A stretch of DNA of 64,000 bases from an uncultured Bacillus sp. GTDB lineage: Bacteria; Bacillota; Bacilli; ZCTH02-B2. Both the position numbers and the translations under genes were made by a program. The notes beneath the pieces were generated by a model. It saw only the letters and a program-made list of their open reading frames with translations, was not told where the DNA came from and ran no database searches. The stretch is taken from contig CAMTVR010000012.1 in assembly GCA_947085265.1 (NCBI GenBank), forward strand, positions 486,025 through 550,024, written 5' to 3'. How positions within the stretch are numbered: position 1 is the stretch's first letter; each line of letters opens with the position of its first letter. Below, one piece after another: positions 20,448 through 30,534 of the stretch.

Positions 20448-21199
20448 GACTTATTGTTCCCCCGCTCCCGTTGTTTTTCCAAACAGACGCCAATCGTTGC
20501 AGCAAGGATGGTTGCCAACAGGACACCAATGTTGGACGAGACATACACACTGCCGATGATCACCGTAATCACGGCGCTGCAGGCAACAAGCAGATCGATC
20601 ACAATCTTGGAACGCTCCATCAACTGTAGCATGAGCAAACCGATAAACATGGCTGGCAATGCAAAATCCAGACCAAAACTCTCCGGCTGGGTGATCCATT
20701 CACCGAATATGCCACCGGCCATGTTTGCCAAAAGCCAGTTAAGGTAAGCGGTCAGGTTCAGACCGAACATCCACCAATAGTTTCCCCGGCTTTTTCCCGC
20801 CAGACGTGTCACAGCCACACCAAACGTTTCATCCGTCAACTGGGATCCGATCACCACGTTTTTCCACACCGGCAAATGCCGGAAAAAGGATGCCAGCGCC
20901 GCGCCCATCAGGAGGTGGCGCAGGTTGACAAAAAAGACCGTGACGACGATGGCCATCGCGGGTGTCCCGGCCATCATCATCCCCGCAGCAATGAACTGTG
21001 CCGAACCGGCATAAAGCAGCAAAGACATCAGCGCAATTTCGGCCAGGGAGAGGCCGGCGGTGCGTTCCACGACGCCGGCGGCAAACCCGATGCTCAGATA
21101 TCCGAACACCGTCGGCAGGCAATCCTTCACTCCCTGGACAAAACCCTCTTCTTTGCTTTTGATTGCTACACGATTCAGCTCAACTTTTTGTTGGCTCAT
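20438..21199 (-). CDS. azlC: AzlC family branched-chain amino acid exporter
   Basis: YAGSAQF, VNLRHLLM, LTDETF, GLDFALPAMF. Confidence 0.92.
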   Translation of the reverse strand: MSQQKVELNRVAIKSKEEGFVQGVKDCLPTVFGYLSIGFAAGVVERTAGLSLAEIALMSLLLYAGSAQFIAAGMMMAGTPAMAIVVTVFFVNLRHLLMGAALASFFRHLPVWKNVVIGSQLTDETFGVAVTRLAGKSRGNYWWMFGLNLTAYLNWLLANMAGGIFGEWITQPESFGLDFALPAMFIGLLMLQLMERSKIVIDLLVACSAVITVIIGSVYVSSNIGVLLATILAATIGVCLEKQRERGNNKSWK

Positions 21200-21317
21200 T
21201 ATTCCTCCGAACGTATTCCTTTTCGAGTATCGTGTGATTTACATTAAAGATACCATGAATCACCTCACAAGAGAACGCATGAATTGCATTTGAACAATTT
21301 TCAACCTGCGTTCTGAA

Positions 21318-21376
21318 AAAGTGTTAACAAGTGTTAACACTTTGTCATTGAACAAAGCTGCAGTTGCTGCTATCAT
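21318..21376 (+). promoter_or_regulatory. palindromic operator plus sigma-A-like promoter of PCYCGC gene
   Basis: AAAGTGTTAAC-AAGT-GTTAACACTTT at 21318-21343; TTGAAC(21348)-17 nt-TATCAT(21371) with TG extension. Confidence 0.6.
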
Positions 21377-21400
21377 GAAACAAGTATGGGGGGACTAGAT

Positions 21401-21850
21401 GTGAGAAAAAATACAGGCCTTTTCATCTCGTTATTGGCAGTTCTAATTGTCCTGTCCGGTTGCTCCACTTCTCAAGCCGGTACAGAGGACTTGGTCTCTT
21501 CATCGCCACAGGAGCTGCCCGCTTATGTCCAACAATTTTCCGCGGACATCCAGCAAACCTACCTGTTGGCGGCAGAACATGCTGAGACGCTGTCCTACAT
21601 GCCCTGTTATTGCGGCTGTTACGAATCTCACGGACACGTCAGCAACCGCGACTGCTTTATCCAGGAGGTAAAGCCCACCCGGGAAGTGGTATGGGACCCG
21701 ATGGGCGCCACCTGAGGGGTCTGCATTGAGGTGGCACGGGATGCCATCCAGATGAAACTTGACGGCAAGTCACTGCCCGAAATCCGGGACGCCATTGAAC
21801 AAAAACATGCAGGGGAACATCCGACGCCCACACCTTATCCAGAAGTATAA
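21401..21850 (+). CDS. PCYCGC-motif lipoprotein with in-frame TGA at a Cys position (candidate selenoprotein, 149 aa)
   Basis: Lipobox LSGC, MPCYCGC, H.SNRDCFI; after TGA 21713-21715 the frame continues GVCIEVARDAIQMKLDGKSLPEIRDAIEQKHAGEHPTPTPYPEV to TAA 21850, matching the family C-terminus as recalled. Confidence 0.8.
21719..21753 (+). promoter_or_regulatory. putative bacterial SECIS element
   Basis: Upper stem GGTGGCA/TGCCATC with loop CGGGA 21 nt after the TGA; lower stem GTCTG/CAGAT; folded by hand. Confidence 0.55.
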
Positions 21851-21872
21851 GAACAACAATCTACCCCAGATC

Positions 21873-21916
21873 AAAAAGCCCTTTATTGGCCAATCGCCGA
21901 AACAAAGGGCTTTTTT
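21873..21916 (+). terminator. intrinsic terminator after full-length PCYCGC ORF
   Basis: AAAAAGCCCTTT...AAAGGGCTTTTTT. Confidence 0.8.
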
Positions 21917-22139
21917 ACTTCTGGTATCGAAATCCGCAGATCCATGAGTGTCAGAGATGACATCAAGAAACTGAGACAATCCCCGCTATTCCGGAAACAA
22001 TCTCTATTTATGGGGGAATCTATGACGCCCACTCCGGGAAAGTGGAAAGTGTCGTAGAATAGAATAAACAAACACAAATAAACGCAGGATTCCCGAAAGT
22101 CGTGGGGAATCCCGCAGAAAGTATATTTGACTGTATCTC

Positions 22140-22949
22140 TTACTGTACGATCCTGGGTTTCGTAGGGTCGCAATCCGGTTTTTGTACAGCCGAGCTCTCC
22201 GCAAGTTTGTGCAGATAGTAGCATTCTTCGCGAAACATGTGGTCCGCCATCAAAGGAGACAAGGTGCCCAAAACCTCATCATCCAGTTCCATTTCCTCCA
22301 ACTCTTGCAAGAATGTTTGAAACAAACGAATCTCCAATTGCACCTGGCTGTTAAAGCGGGACAGCGCAGGAAAGCAATCCAGTTTGGTTCGGAGATACCC
22401 TGCCATCTCCACCGCTTTGAGATAGAAGTTCTCAAAATTACTTGCAAACTTTTGACTTTCTTCTTTCCAACGTTTTTCGACCGGATCAAGTTCGCTGGTA
22501 ATCGTGGCGGCATGACCTGCGGCATCCAGCAGCCAGAGCAAGTGATGGTGAACGGGATGAAATGCAGGAGGCTCATCACCCGTGATGAGAGAATCAAGGA
22601 TTCGCAGGTATTCCTCCAACTCGTTCAACATGTGGTTGATAAACGTGGGAGATAAACCGATTTTAATCTGTCTCGCAAGGTGCCGGCGCAGGATGTGAAG
22701 CTTAAATTCCCTGAGCTGTTGGGAGTAATAACGTGCCTCCTGCGCCAGTCCAGTCAGCGCCGGGCCGGATAAAGGCTCTCTTGCCCTTTCCAGCATCCTG
22801 TCAAATGCTTGGATAAAATAGTGCGCCCTTTGAATCTCGACATGCTCTTCTGGAGCTAGACTGTCCTTGATAAATCGGGCGTGATCCCCCAACACTTGCA
22901 GCCAAAAACGATGCTCAAACAAGGCTTTTTCTGCATAACTGTCATCCAT
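22140..22949 (-). CDS. DUF2935 domain protein
   Basis: FEHRFWLQVLGDHARFI, HHHLLWLLDAAGHA, ADHMFREECYY. Confidence 0.85.
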   Translation of the reverse strand: MDDSYAEKALFEHRFWLQVLGDHARFIKDSLAPEEHVEIQRAHYFIQAFDRMLERAREPLSGPALTGLAQEARYYSQQLREFKLHILRRHLARQIKIGLSPTFINHMLNELEEYLRILDSLITGDEPPAFHPVHHHLLWLLDAAGHAATITSELDPVEKRWKEESQKFASNFENFYLKAVEMAGYLRTKLDCFPALSRFNSQVQLEIRLFQTFLQELEEMELDDEVLGTLSPLMADHMFREECYYLHKLAESSAVQKPDCDPTKPRIVQ

Positions 22950-23142
22950 GGCAAACCCTCCTGGACTCATCCCCTGCCATTTGGCAAAGGCCTATTTCAC
23001 TTCACTTGCCAATAAAATATGAACATTTTCCCGGAAGGTGATGGTTTGCCAGTGGACAGGAAAGACCACATGGTCTCCTTGACATTAGAGGTTGTCCAAG
23101 AACAATGATAAAATCAACAAAGTTGAACATGCCAAGGATTAT

Positions 23143-23838
23143 TCAAACCATTGCTAAATTTTCATACACATAATAGGCACCATAAATGATGGATAGAAAA
23201 CCGGTTGCAATACTCAGGACTTGAACCGTTTTTTCCGAGGAGTTGGCGAAAAGAATGAAAGGCAGTCCAAGGAGTAAAGTAAACATGAGCATCCCTAAGA
23301 TGGTTCCGATACCAAACAATAAGATATAGATGATCGCTTGCATGGTGGTTTCGATGGATGCCATCGTCATCATCGCTAAAGCTCCGCTGCCGGCAAAGCC
23401 GTGGATCATGCCAATCAAAAAGGATGTACGTTGCGGATTTATAACGTGGCGATGTTCGTGATCTCTTTGGCTCTTGTGCGAGTGAAAGTGAATATGGCGC
23501 TCACCATCATGTTCATGGGCGTGAACATGGACCTTCTCTCGCCATATCGAACGAACACTCATCCATCCGAGAACGATTAACATTATCCCCACGCCAGCTT
23601 CTAACCATTGTTCCACAATGGGCGGGATGGCCACACGAACACCGATTAAAAGCAGGCCGACGATGAGTAACGTCAATGTGTGCCCTATCCCCCAAAAAAT
23701 ACCTGCCATCGCAGCCTTAAACAAACTGCCCGACCGACTGGCTATGGTGGACACCGCAATCATGTGATCCGGCTCTAAAGCATGGCGCAATCCCAATAAA
23801 AAACCAACTCCAAAAACAGTCATCACTGCTATAGACAT
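23143..23838 (-). CDS. UreH/NiCoT-like nickel permease
   Basis: GLRHALEPDH, His-rich loop HVHAHEHDGERHIHFHSH, GMIHGFAGSG. Confidence 0.88.
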   Translation of the reverse strand: MSIAVMTVFGVGFLLGLRHALEPDHMIAVSTIASRSGSLFKAAMAGIFWGIGHTLTLLIVGLLLIGVRVAIPPIVEQWLEAGVGIMLIVLGWMSVRSIWREKVHVHAHEHDGERHIHFHSHKSQRDHEHRHVINPQRTSFLIGMIHGFAGSGALAMMTMASIETTMQAIIYILLFGIGTILGMLMFTLLLGLPFILFANSSEKTVQVLSIATGFLSIIYGAYYVYENLAMV

Positions 23839-24023
23839 CCATTTTCCTCCTTCAAATAACCCGTACAATGTGTCGCTGCAACCAGCGCCGCTTGCCCGAG
23901 ACTAATGCCCCCGTCATTGGCAGGAACTCCCCTTCCCATCCACACGCGCATCGCGCTTTCGCGAAACAACTCCCGGAGATCGCTCAATAAGAGGGTGTGT
24001 TGAAAGACACCCCCAGAAAATAC
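23829..24023 (-). pseudogene. hypF: hypF C-terminal remnant
   Basis: Startless frame VFSGGVFQHTLLL...GVPANDGGISLGQAA, the HypF C-terminal signature; upstream frame has stops. Confidence 0.82.
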
Positions 24024-24223
24024 TCATTTGGATGCACGCAGCAGTCACCAGTAAGGACAAAGACTCCAGTCGCACTGGATATCCTAAATTGACACAAACT
24101 TATTGATTCCCCCCTCTCTCTAGAAATCAATATTCTAAAATGTTTTATATATTAATAATATGGTTACATTATAACATAACATCATCCGAATCTGGATATA
24201 AGAATTTTAAAGCTGGTGTTTCA

Positions 24224-24670
24224 TTATCGCTTTGGCCTTGTGTGCGGATAGCCGTGCTTTTGGCGGTACAACTTTCGTTCTTCCGTGAAATCCCACCACC
24301 GCTTTTCACTGTGAGACGTGCCCGCATGGTGCACGATCAGCCGGATGCCGTCTTCGACGCAAGGGTCTATTTGAAAGCCGTACAATCGTTCCAATTGATC
24401 AAATAATTCTGCCGGATCTTTTCCTTTTAATTCGGCTAAAGAATAGTACCCCAAATCAACGACATGTTTTGCCAAATCGGGACCGACGGAAGGAATCGTC
24501 TGAAATTGAGCAAGAGCAATGAAACGCTTCGCCCGTGCTTCGGTACAGCCTAACACGAGAGACAATTCACTCGGTTGAACGCTTGCGATCGCCGACAATT
24601 TTAGCTTTTGTTTTCTTAAAATGCTGCGTTCTCCGGGAGTCAAAGGGAGTTTGGGCGTTTTTCCTTTCAC
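24224..24670 (-). CDS. helix-hairpin-helix (Cdd1-like) protein
   Basis: FQTIPSVG, DPCVED, WWDFTEERK. Confidence 0.8.
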   Translation of the reverse strand: MKGKTPKLPLTPGERSILRKQKLKLSAIASVQPSELSLVLGCTEARAKRFIALAQFQTIPSVGPDLAKHVVDLGYYSLAELKGKDPAELFDQLERLYGFQIDPCVEDGIRLIVHHAGTSHSEKRWWDFTEERKLYRQKHGYPHTRPKR

Positions 24671-24873
24671 AAAGAGAGCCTCCTTCCATCTTGAAACCAC
24701 CCCTCTATCCTTGAACATTTACACCGTCTCCAAGATGACTTCTGCTTTCCAGTACAAGGTCAACGGTTCACAACAGGAAAAACACGGGAACTTTTTCGGC
24801 TTTAAAAGTCTCTTACATAAATGAACGGCCTAAAGACCGCCGTTGCAAAAAACAAAGAGAGGAGGGACAAATC

Positions 24874-25467
24874 TTGCAAGAGATAGATGTCCAACTCATC
24901 AAGCGATGCCAACAGGGAGACAAGGACGCTTTTTTCGCGCTGATCAAACACTTGGAACATCATACCATACGCACTGCCTACCTATTGACAGGTCATCGGG
25001 AGCTTGCGGCAGACATCACACAGGAAGCATTCATCCAATGCTACCGGAAGATTGGGAACTTACGAAATCCAGAAGCATTTCCTGCCTGGTTTTATCAATT
25101 GCTGCGGCGCATCGCCTGGCGATTGTATAAGAAAGAAAGGCGTTACCTCGCTGTCGGAGATTCACAGAACGTAACAAAACTGGCACCAAACCCTACCCCA
25201 GAAACTCAGGGATACGCTCTGTACCGGGATACTGGCCCGCTCATCCAACAGGCATTGGCCCAACTCAACCCGAAATTGCGCGAGGTAATCATTCTGCGTT
25301 ATTACAACGACTTGCCGCTGGAAGAATTGGCACGCATTCTCAATTGCCGCATCGGAACGGTCAAGTCACGTCTTCATCGGGCAAAAAAACAACTGTCGTC
25401 CATTTTGAAAGAAAGCGATGGACGTGAACAAGCAGCACACACTGATTTTAAACTGCAAGAAATGTAA
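24874..25467 (+). CDS. ECF RNA polymerase sigma factor
   Basis: DITQEAFI region 2, FPAWFY, GTVKSRLHRA region 4. Confidence 0.93.
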   Translation: MQEIDVQLIKRCQQGDKDAFFALIKHLEHHTIRTAYLLTGHRELAADITQEAFIQCYRKIGNLRNPEAFPAWFYQLLRRIAWRLYKKERRYLAVGDSQNVTKLAPNPTPETQGYALYRDTGPLIQQALAQLNPKLREVIILRYYNDLPLEELARILNCRIGTVKSRLHRAKKQLSSILKESDGREQAAHTDFKLQEM

Positions 25468-25518
25468 AAACACTTGTATATAAGCCACCAAAATAGGTCA
25501 GGAAAGGGTGAAGTTGCG

Positions 25519-26394
25519 TTGGTACACGACGATAAAGTTGAGCTTCTTTTGCGAAGTGCATTAAAACATCAAGCGGAACAGATGCAAGCTCCTTCAGACA
25601 TGGCCAATGAAATTTTAACACAACTGGATGATCCTTTAGAAAAGCATCCCTTGCAATCCATTCGATGGTTCCAATGGAAAAAAATGAGTGTGGCAATTCT
25701 CAGCGGTATCTTGCTGTTCATCGGTGTAGCCTTAGGAGTATCCCCGCAAGCACGTGCCCTAGCAATTGAAACGTTTTCCTCCCTGTTGCTGTCCTTCAAG
25801 CTAGAAGAAAATGGGAAATGGACGGTCTATGGCACGATGTTAGATGAAAATGGCCACGAAAAGAATACCGTCAAAATAGCTGAAGGCGGGATCATGACGC
25901 TTCCAGACGGGATAGATAATGACCATACACAAGTAACAGATATAAAAGAAACAGATATACAAGCAACAGGACCTTTGCCCGAATTGTCAACCCCCGCTGA
26001 AGCGGCGGGAAAAGCCGGTTTTTCTTTTTCCCTGCCTGCATATCTGCCTGACACTTACGTACGCCAGTCGATGGTCGCTTCAAAATGGGATAATGGCAAA
26101 GGATTTGTTCATGTCGATTACGTCCATTCTGAAGCAAATCGACCATCCCTGCGGTTGATGATCACGAACGAGCCCGCTTTTTTCCGCAAAGCGGAACATG
26201 CGCAGGAAATCACAGTCGGTGACACAATCGCTTTTTGGTCCGTACAGCCGATCCTCTCTGTACCACAATCTCCGTCCGTCACCGCTGCTCATCAATTAAT
26301 GTGGCGACACGGAGATTTGGTCTATATACTGACCGATTTTTCCGGACAATTGCCGATGGAAGAAATGATCAAAATTGCCGCCTCGACACAATAG
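25519..26394 (+). CDS. putative anti-sigma factor (DUF4367-like C-terminus)
   Basis: Single TM, LPAYLP motif, C-terminal LPMEEMIKIAAS; follows ECF sigma. Confidence 0.7.
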   Translation: MVHDDKVELLLRSALKHQAEQMQAPSDMANEILTQLDDPLEKHPLQSIRWFQWKKMSVAILSGILLFIGVALGVSPQARALAIETFSSLLLSFKLEENGKWTVYGTMLDENGHEKNTVKIAEGGIMTLPDGIDNDHTQVTDIKETDIQATGPLPELSTPAEAAGKAGFSFSLPAYLPDTYVRQSMVASKWDNGKGFVHVDYVHSEANRPSLRLMITNEPAFFRKAEHAQEITVGDTIAFWSVQPILSVPQSPSVTAAHQLMWRHGDLVYILTDFSGQLPMEEMIKIAASTQ

Positions 26395-26583
26395 CCCATC
26401 AGACACTATTGCACAAAAATGCACACTCTATCGCATAAAAAGAGCACGTAAAAAACGGGATGTTCACATGCCATTCGAGGTATGCGAACATCCCATCTTT
26501 CCTTGATTCCCCACATTCCTTGGTCAACAGTTCCTGACCATCACACATCATGTGACAGCAGAAATCCAATGATTCTTATTCTT

Positions 26584-27096
26584 CTATTGGGACAAAGCCT
26601 TCCGGATGGCGTCTACAAACACCTCGTTGTCCTTAGGTGTCCGGGAGGTGATCAAGTTTCCATCGACGACTACCGGACGGTCCACAACCTTTGCGCCGGC
26701 ATTTTCCAGATCATCCATCACACTGACATAGCTCGTCATCTCTTTGCCCTTGACCACCTTGGCCGAGATGAGCAGCTGCGGTCCGTGGCAGATCGCGGCT
26801 ACCGGCCGATTGGCTGCCATCTTTTGCTGAACAAACCGCTTCATCCCCTCGTCAATCCGCAACCTGTCAGGAGAATGACCGCCAGGGATCACCACCGCGT
26901 CAAAGTCTTCGGGACGAACCTCATCGATCGAAGCGTCGGCCTTGTAAACGGCTTGTCCTTTCTTTCCCTTCAGTTCCTCTCCTTTTTGAAAGGAAATAAT
27001 CACGCATTCGTGCCCGTCCTTTTTCAGTTCCTCGTAAGGATAGGACAGCTCCGAATCCTCGTATTCCTGCGCCACCAAAAAGGCAATCTTTGACAT
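26584..27096 (-). CDS. PfpI/DJ-1 family protein
   Basis: YEDSE, IPGG, AICHGP, ITSRTP. Confidence 0.93.
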   Translation of the reverse strand: MSKIAFLVAQEYEDSELSYPYEELKKDGHECVIISFQKGEELKGKKGQAVYKADASIDEVRPEDFDAVVIPGGHSPDRLRIDEGMKRFVQQKMAANRPVAAICHGPQLLISAKVVKGKEMTSYVSVMDDLENAGAKVVDRPVVVDGNLITSRTPKDNEVFVDAIRKALSQ

Positions 27097-27195
27097 TCAT
27101 GCCACCTCCTGCATTTTTTCGCAGATTTCAGGCAGCTTCATTATAACACAGCTGGGCTCCCATTGCATGAACCAAACTTTTTGCCAAAACATGAA

Positions 27196-28125
27196 TCAAG
27201 CTTCCTGCCACAACGCCGTGGACAGGTAACGTTCACCCGTATCCGGCAGAATGACGACAACCACTTTGCCCTTGTTTTCAGGACGGCTGGCAACCACTTT
27301 GGCAGCATGAAGGGCAGCTCCGGATGAAATGCCCAGCAGCACGCCTTCTTCCCTTCCCAGCTTGCGGGCGGCGGCAAACGCTTCTTCGTTCGTCACCTGA
27401 ACCACTTCATCGTAAATGGAGGTGTTCAGAACGTCCGGCACAAAACCGGCCCCGATCCCCTGGATTTTGTGCGGGCCAGGCTTGCCGCCAGAAAGCACTG
27501 GTGAATCGGCCGGCTCCACGGCGACCGCGTAGAAGGAAGGTTTGCGTTCCTTGATCACTTCCGAAACGCCTGTGATCGTCCCGCCAGTGCCGATGCCGCT
27601 GATCAGAATGTCCACCTTGCCGTCGGTGTCGTTCCAGATCTCCTCAGCGGTTGTCCTGCGGTGAATGGCAGGGTTGGCCGGGTTTTTAAATTGTTGGAGC
27701 ATGTAGGCGTTGGGCGTCTCTTGAACGATTTGTTCGGCCCGCTGGATTGCCCCTTTCATCCCTTCCGGTCCAGGCGTCAGCACCAGTTCGGCCCCGTACG
27801 CTTTGAGCAGGTTCCGGCGTTCCAGGGACATCGTCTCCGGCATCGTCAGGATGAGACGGTAACCTTTGGCCGCCGCGACAAAGGCGAGGGCAATTCCGGT
27901 GTTGCCGCTCGTCGGCTCCACCAATACTGTCTTATCTGGGGAAATCAGGCCTTTTTCCTCCGCATCTTCAATCATTGCAAAGCCGATCCGGTCTTTCACG
28001 CTGCCGGCAGGGTTAAAATACTCCAGCTTGCCGTACACCTCGGCACCAGTCTCCTCACTCAGCTTATTGAGTCGAATCAGAGGCGTGTTTCCGATCAATT
28101 CGATGATGTTGTTTGCCACTTTCAT
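27196..28125 (-). CDS. cysK: cysteine synthase A
   Basis: [39 protein letters not shown]. Confidence 0.97.
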   Translation of the reverse strand: MKVANNIIELIGNTPLIRLNKLSEETGAEVYGKLEYFNPAGSVKDRIGFAMIEDAEEKGLISPDKTVLVEPTSGNTGIALAFVAAAKGYRLILTMPETMSLERRNLLKAYGAELVLTPGPEGMKGAIQRAEQIVQETPNAYMLQQFKNPANPAIHRRTTAEEIWNDTDGKVDILISGIGTGGTITGVSEVIKERKPSFYAVAVEPADSPVLSGGKPGPHKIQGIGAGFVPDVLNTSIYDEVVQVTNEEAFAAARKLGREEGVLLGISSGAALHAAKVVASRPENKGKVVVVILPDTGERYLSTALWQEA

Positions 28126-28530
28126 CTTCAAGTTCCCCTTTCTGCACTTTGATCACGAGACTTTAACCTAGTTTCTCATTTTCCAGCCTCAGTATGATGA
28201 GTCTGGCAGAAATCACTCTTAATCCCAGTATACCATCTTTATCCTAAATATCAATATTTCCGAGGTAAATACTTTGATTTGAATGTGGAAATAACCATTC
28301 AGCCTGAGTGAAACGAATAATAAACATTAAACTCCGACCGTAAAGCCAAAAAAGGGTACAACGCAAAAAGCTCCCTCTTTCTTCCGTCTATCATGTGAAG
28401 AAGGTTTTTCCTTTGCAACTTTGAAAACTTATTGTAAGCCCTTACATTTTGTTGGCAAAATAAGAGCCCAACTTCAGCCCAAAAAGGCGTACACTGAACG
28501 GTACACCCTTTTGAACGGTTTGGGCATCAC

Positions 28531-28722
28531 TTACGCTTCGAGCATCAATAGCTCTTTTCGCAGCTCGGATAGATTCTCCTTGCAAAGTCGAATCGTCTCC
28601 TCATCCTGCTCCTGTAACGCTTCATACAAGACGGCCAACTGATAGTCCATTTCCATGCGCAGCACAGGTATCCTCTTCTCGACGTCCTTGCGTTTCAACG
28701 CTTCCATGAGCTCTTTTACCAT
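28531..28722 (-). CDS. small conserved hypothetical protein
   Basis: RBS, helical acidic ORF (EKRIPVLRMEMDYQL), downstream hairpin. Confidence 0.65.
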   Translation of the reverse strand: MVKELMEALKRKDVEKRIPVLRMEMDYQLAVLYEALQEQDEETIRLCKENLSELRKELLMLEA

Positions 28723-28861
28723 GTTGCGCACCCCTTTGAAAGAATATTCATTCTTCTTGGCCTAATTCCTCTTACAACTTGAAAAGGGTTTGGTTTTATA
28801 ATAATATGCATGGGATAAAAAATCAATGCCTAAATTCTGAATTGCTGAAAGGGGAACTCGC

Positions 28862-29500
28862 ATGACACTCGTTTTTCCCACCTTTACACCAGAAGACTTC
28901 GACATTTTTCAGATCCCAGGGCTGGAACCACGAATGACCCGGATCAAGGCGCATATCCGCCCAAAACTTGAACAAATGGGAACGCAATTGCAACCTTTCC
29001 TCTCCGAACTGCTAGAGGTTCCGGTCCACGTTCACGTCGCCAAACATGCCCGCAGAACAGTCAACCCCCCGGACAGCACCTGGGTGGCATGGTCCAGCAA
29101 CGCGCGTGGGTATAAAGCGCATCCTCATTTTCAAGTCGGACTTTGGTCCTCTCATCTCTTTATCTGGTTTGCTTTGTTTCCGGAGGCGGAAAAAACAAAA
29201 CCCGTATTTGCGCAAAACCTCAACCGTCACCTGGACCAGTTTCTTGATCAAATCCCAGGTGACTTCCTCTGGTCTTTCGATCACACTCGAGCGGATGCCA
29301 CAAACCATACGAACTTGGAAAGGGAAACCTTCCTGGATCTCATCCACCGGCTGCAAGCCGTCAAAAAATCGGAAGTGCTGTGTGGGATTCACCTTTCTAG
29401 AACAGAAAACACCCTGCAGCATCCTGCGGCATTGGAGAAAAAGATCCAGCAAACGCTTCAACAGCTGTCTCCGCTTTACCGACTGGCAATAAGTGACTGA
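28862..29500 (+). CDS. yktB: YktB/DUF1054 family protein
   Basis: HVAKHARRTVNPPDSTWVA, RGYKAHPHFQVGLW. Confidence 0.9.
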   Translation: MTLVFPTFTPEDFDIFQIPGLEPRMTRIKAHIRPKLEQMGTQLQPFLSELLEVPVHVHVAKHARRTVNPPDSTWVAWSSNARGYKAHPHFQVGLWSSHLFIWFALFPEAEKTKPVFAQNLNRHLDQFLDQIPGDFLWSFDHTRADATNHTNLERETFLDLIHRLQAVKKSEVLCGIHLSRTENTLQHPAALEKKIQQTLQQLSPLYRLAISD

Positions 29501-29559
29501 CATAAAAAACAGGGGCAAGCTTGCCATCCCACAGACAGGCTGCCCCTTTTTCCAATTCT

Positions 29560-30534
29560 TTAAACACCCGTTCCCTTCAAGACCCCGCCGATGCGGTTGT
29601 AACCTTCGTTCATCTCTTTCACGATCCGTTCGAAAAGCTCAGCCACAGTCGGAATGTCACGGATCAGGCCGACGCCCTGTCCAGCCCAACTATGTCCTTC
29701 TTCCATCTTTCCTTCATGAATTGCACGTCGATTGGCTGCTCCTGAAATATGGTCCTTCAACCCCTCGTAACCAACTCCCTGCGCCTCCAGTGCCAGGATC
29801 TCCTCTGTCGCCTGACTCTTGAGCGCCCGTGCCGGTGCCCCAATGCTCTTTTTGATGATCACCGTATCTGTTTCCGAAGCCTCAAGAATTCGCTGCTTGT
29901 AATTTTCATGCGCGTGCACACATTCTTGAGTGGCGATAAAGCGGGTTCCCATTTCCACCCCTTCAGCCCCGAGTGCCAGCGCGGCCAATATGCCCCGGCC
30001 ATCGACGATACCGCCACTAGCCAATACCGGAATCTGAACCGACTCGGCCACACGAGGCACCAGGACCATTGTCCCTACCTCGTCTCTTCCGAGGTGACCT
30101 CCTCCTTCATTGCCGACAGCCATGACAATGTCTGCTCCAAGTTCTTCCGCCTTTTGCGCCTGACGCACGGAAGCGATCAAAACCAATTTTAAAATGCCGG
30201 TTCCTGCAAGTCGCTCCAACAGCGGTTTGGGGTTTCCGCCCGTGATGCTGATCGCCGGAACTTTTTCCTCTATCGCTACTTCCAGATAATCAGGATAGGA
30301 TTGGTTATGCTGACCAATAGCGAAATTGACACCAAACGGCTTGTCCGTCAAGGAACGTGTTTTGCGAATCTCTTCCCGCAACGCTTCCGGACTGGGCAGC
30401 GTCATCGCCGTCAGCTGCCCCAGGCCGCCTGCGTTGGACACCGCAGCAGCCAGCTCAGCATAGGCCAAGTGAGCCAATCCTCCCTGGACAATCGGCAGTT
30501 CGATGTTCAATAACTCAGTCACCCGCGTTTTCAT
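29560..30534 (-). CDS. nitronate monooxygenase/FabK-like flavin oxidoreductase
   Basis: PIVQGG, VSNAGGLG, EGGGH, SGGI.DGRG, MGTRF. Confidence 0.9.
   Translation of the reverse strand: MKTRVTELLNIELPIVQGGLAHLAYAELAAAVSNAGGLGQLTAMTLPSPEALREEIRKTRSLTDKPFGVNFAIGQHNQSYPDYLEVAIEEKVPAISITGGNPKPLLERLAGTGILKLVLIASVRQAQKAEELGADIVMAVGNEGGGHLGRDEVGTMVLVPRVAESVQIPVLASGGIVDGRGILAALALGAEGVEMGTRFIATQECVHAHENYKQRILEASETDTVIIKKSIGAPARALKSQATEEILALEAQGVGYEGLKDHISGAANRRAIHEGKMEEGHSWAGQGVGLIRDIPTVAELFERIVKEMNEGYNRIGGVLKGTGV

Noticed and set aside
24024-24026. In-frame TGA before the hypF fragment as a second Sec codon
   Set aside because: Not at a Cys position, and the upstream frame has another stop and no HypF similarity; read as the break point
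28140-28520. S-box or T-box leader upstream of cysK
   Set aside because: No recognisable SAM-I or T-box consensus; a CymR site could not be assigned confidently
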